DNA of 64,000 nt from Fimbriosthenelais zetlandica (taxonomy: Eukaryota), in assembly GCA_977030845.1 (NCBI GenBank), contig OZ365110.1, forward strand, positions 21,948,001-22,012,000, written 5' to 3'. The position numbers were made by a program, and so were the translations under genes. The stretch's first letter is position 1. Each line of letters begins with the position of its first letter. Below, in pieces: positions 63,106-64,000 of the stretch. Below the pieces are notes generated by a model. It ran no database searches. It saw only the letters and a list, made by a program, of their open reading frames with translations, and was not told the origin of the DNA.

Positions 63106-64000
63106 CCCTCCCAGTCAAAAAGTGCCCAACCCATGTGCCAACATGCAGTCCCATTATCATTCTTGTCTCATTCATATTAGGTTATGTTGTTTTCTTTCCT
63201 AAGGTATTATGTTTTTTGATCTCTGCTTATGTTGTTAATCAAGTTAACAAAACAAAGTGTTGTTGAAATGACTTGAAACTAGAAGAAGGCTATTGTATTT
63301 CACAATGAAACAATATTATAATATGATCCGCTGCAGGGTCCAATAGAAAATAGCGTCTCTTTCGATGTAATATTGAATTTCCTGGATTTAAGTAGAGAGA
63401 TTAGGAAATATTTTATATTTATATATAAAACAAAAATTCAAACCTGCCTTTTAATATTACGACCAAGAGTAGATTTAAAAAAAATATTCATTGTTTTCAA
63501 ATGTGTAAATGTGATAAAATAATGAAACATTTCTCCCTTTCTCTTCCAGACAAGTGCGAGCTTCTCAAGACAACAACAACACCGTCCCTGTTTGAGATCA
63601 TATATAGAGGTAGGTTTAATAAATTAATCTTGGCAGGCTGGACGTAAAACAAGGGGTTAATGTCATTGTCTTCCGGAGAAAATCTCATTTGGAGATGAGC
63701 TTGGTCGGTGGCAGGCAACTGAGAAAGCACCAGCCAAGGACCTATTAGAAGCAAACAAAAGATACCTTTCTTAATGTCTTTGGATTTTTACTACTAAGGG
63801 AGAAAATCAATTTAGGATAATACAATAAGAGCGATAGGAACCACAAGGCTCTGTATGCATGCAGTGGGCGGGAAATAACAAGGGAAATTGTTGTAATTGT
63901 TCATGAGAACTCATTATGGAACATCCCCACTGATATTGACAGAAATCTAATAATATTTGGCCGGAATCCGATCGGCTTAGGACACTTGACATTCAATGCC

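Noticed and set aside
1-64000. Conserved bilaterian miRNAs, snRNAs and tRNA genes
   Set aside because: A by-eye check found only seed-length matches (for example let-7-like TGAGGTAG at 29161, miR-9-like CTTTGGTTAT at 61241, miR-153-like TTGCATAGTC near 52711), without mature-sequence identity or hairpins. The tRNA-like boxes belong to SINEs. An Infernal/Rfam scan would be decisive.

Overview
This is AT-rich (roughly 60% AT by eye) eukaryotic DNA, essentially non-coding. It is probably from a marine invertebrate, inferred from the SINE type, the Harbinger-type MITEs and abundant TACATGTA/TAGGCCTA octamers. I recognise no protein-coding gene, tRNA, rRNA, snRNA, known miRNA, CRISPR array or prokaryotic feature, and the ORFs in the supplied track look like chance ORFs. 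The window reads as a very large intron or gene desert. Well-supported features: (1) a full-length tRNA-derived SINE on the minus strand with a 13-bp target-site duplication (35206-35539); (2) an intact 465-bp PIF/Harbinger-type MITE with perfect 17-bp TIRs and a TTA TSD (49947-50411); (3) a ~1.94-kb non-autonomous Harbinger-like element with dense internal motif arrays and an apparently foreign interior segment (45445-47385); (4) a perfect 23-bp-stem hairpin (32633-32681); (5) a decayed SINE head, several small tandem repeats and microsatellites; (6) a few high-information regulatory motifs (CTCF core, tandem ETS/GABP, paired CRE, YY1, DR1). The most interesting leads are the enrichment of TA-flanked palindromic octamers that match DNA-transposon excision footprints, short fold-back palindromes at the 5' junction of both SINE copies, and three same-orientation CTCF-like sites. 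I found no convincing novel multi-gene system. Splice-site candidates are close to chance level and are flagged as such. All expected counts are rough hand estimates assuming independent bases at 60% AT.
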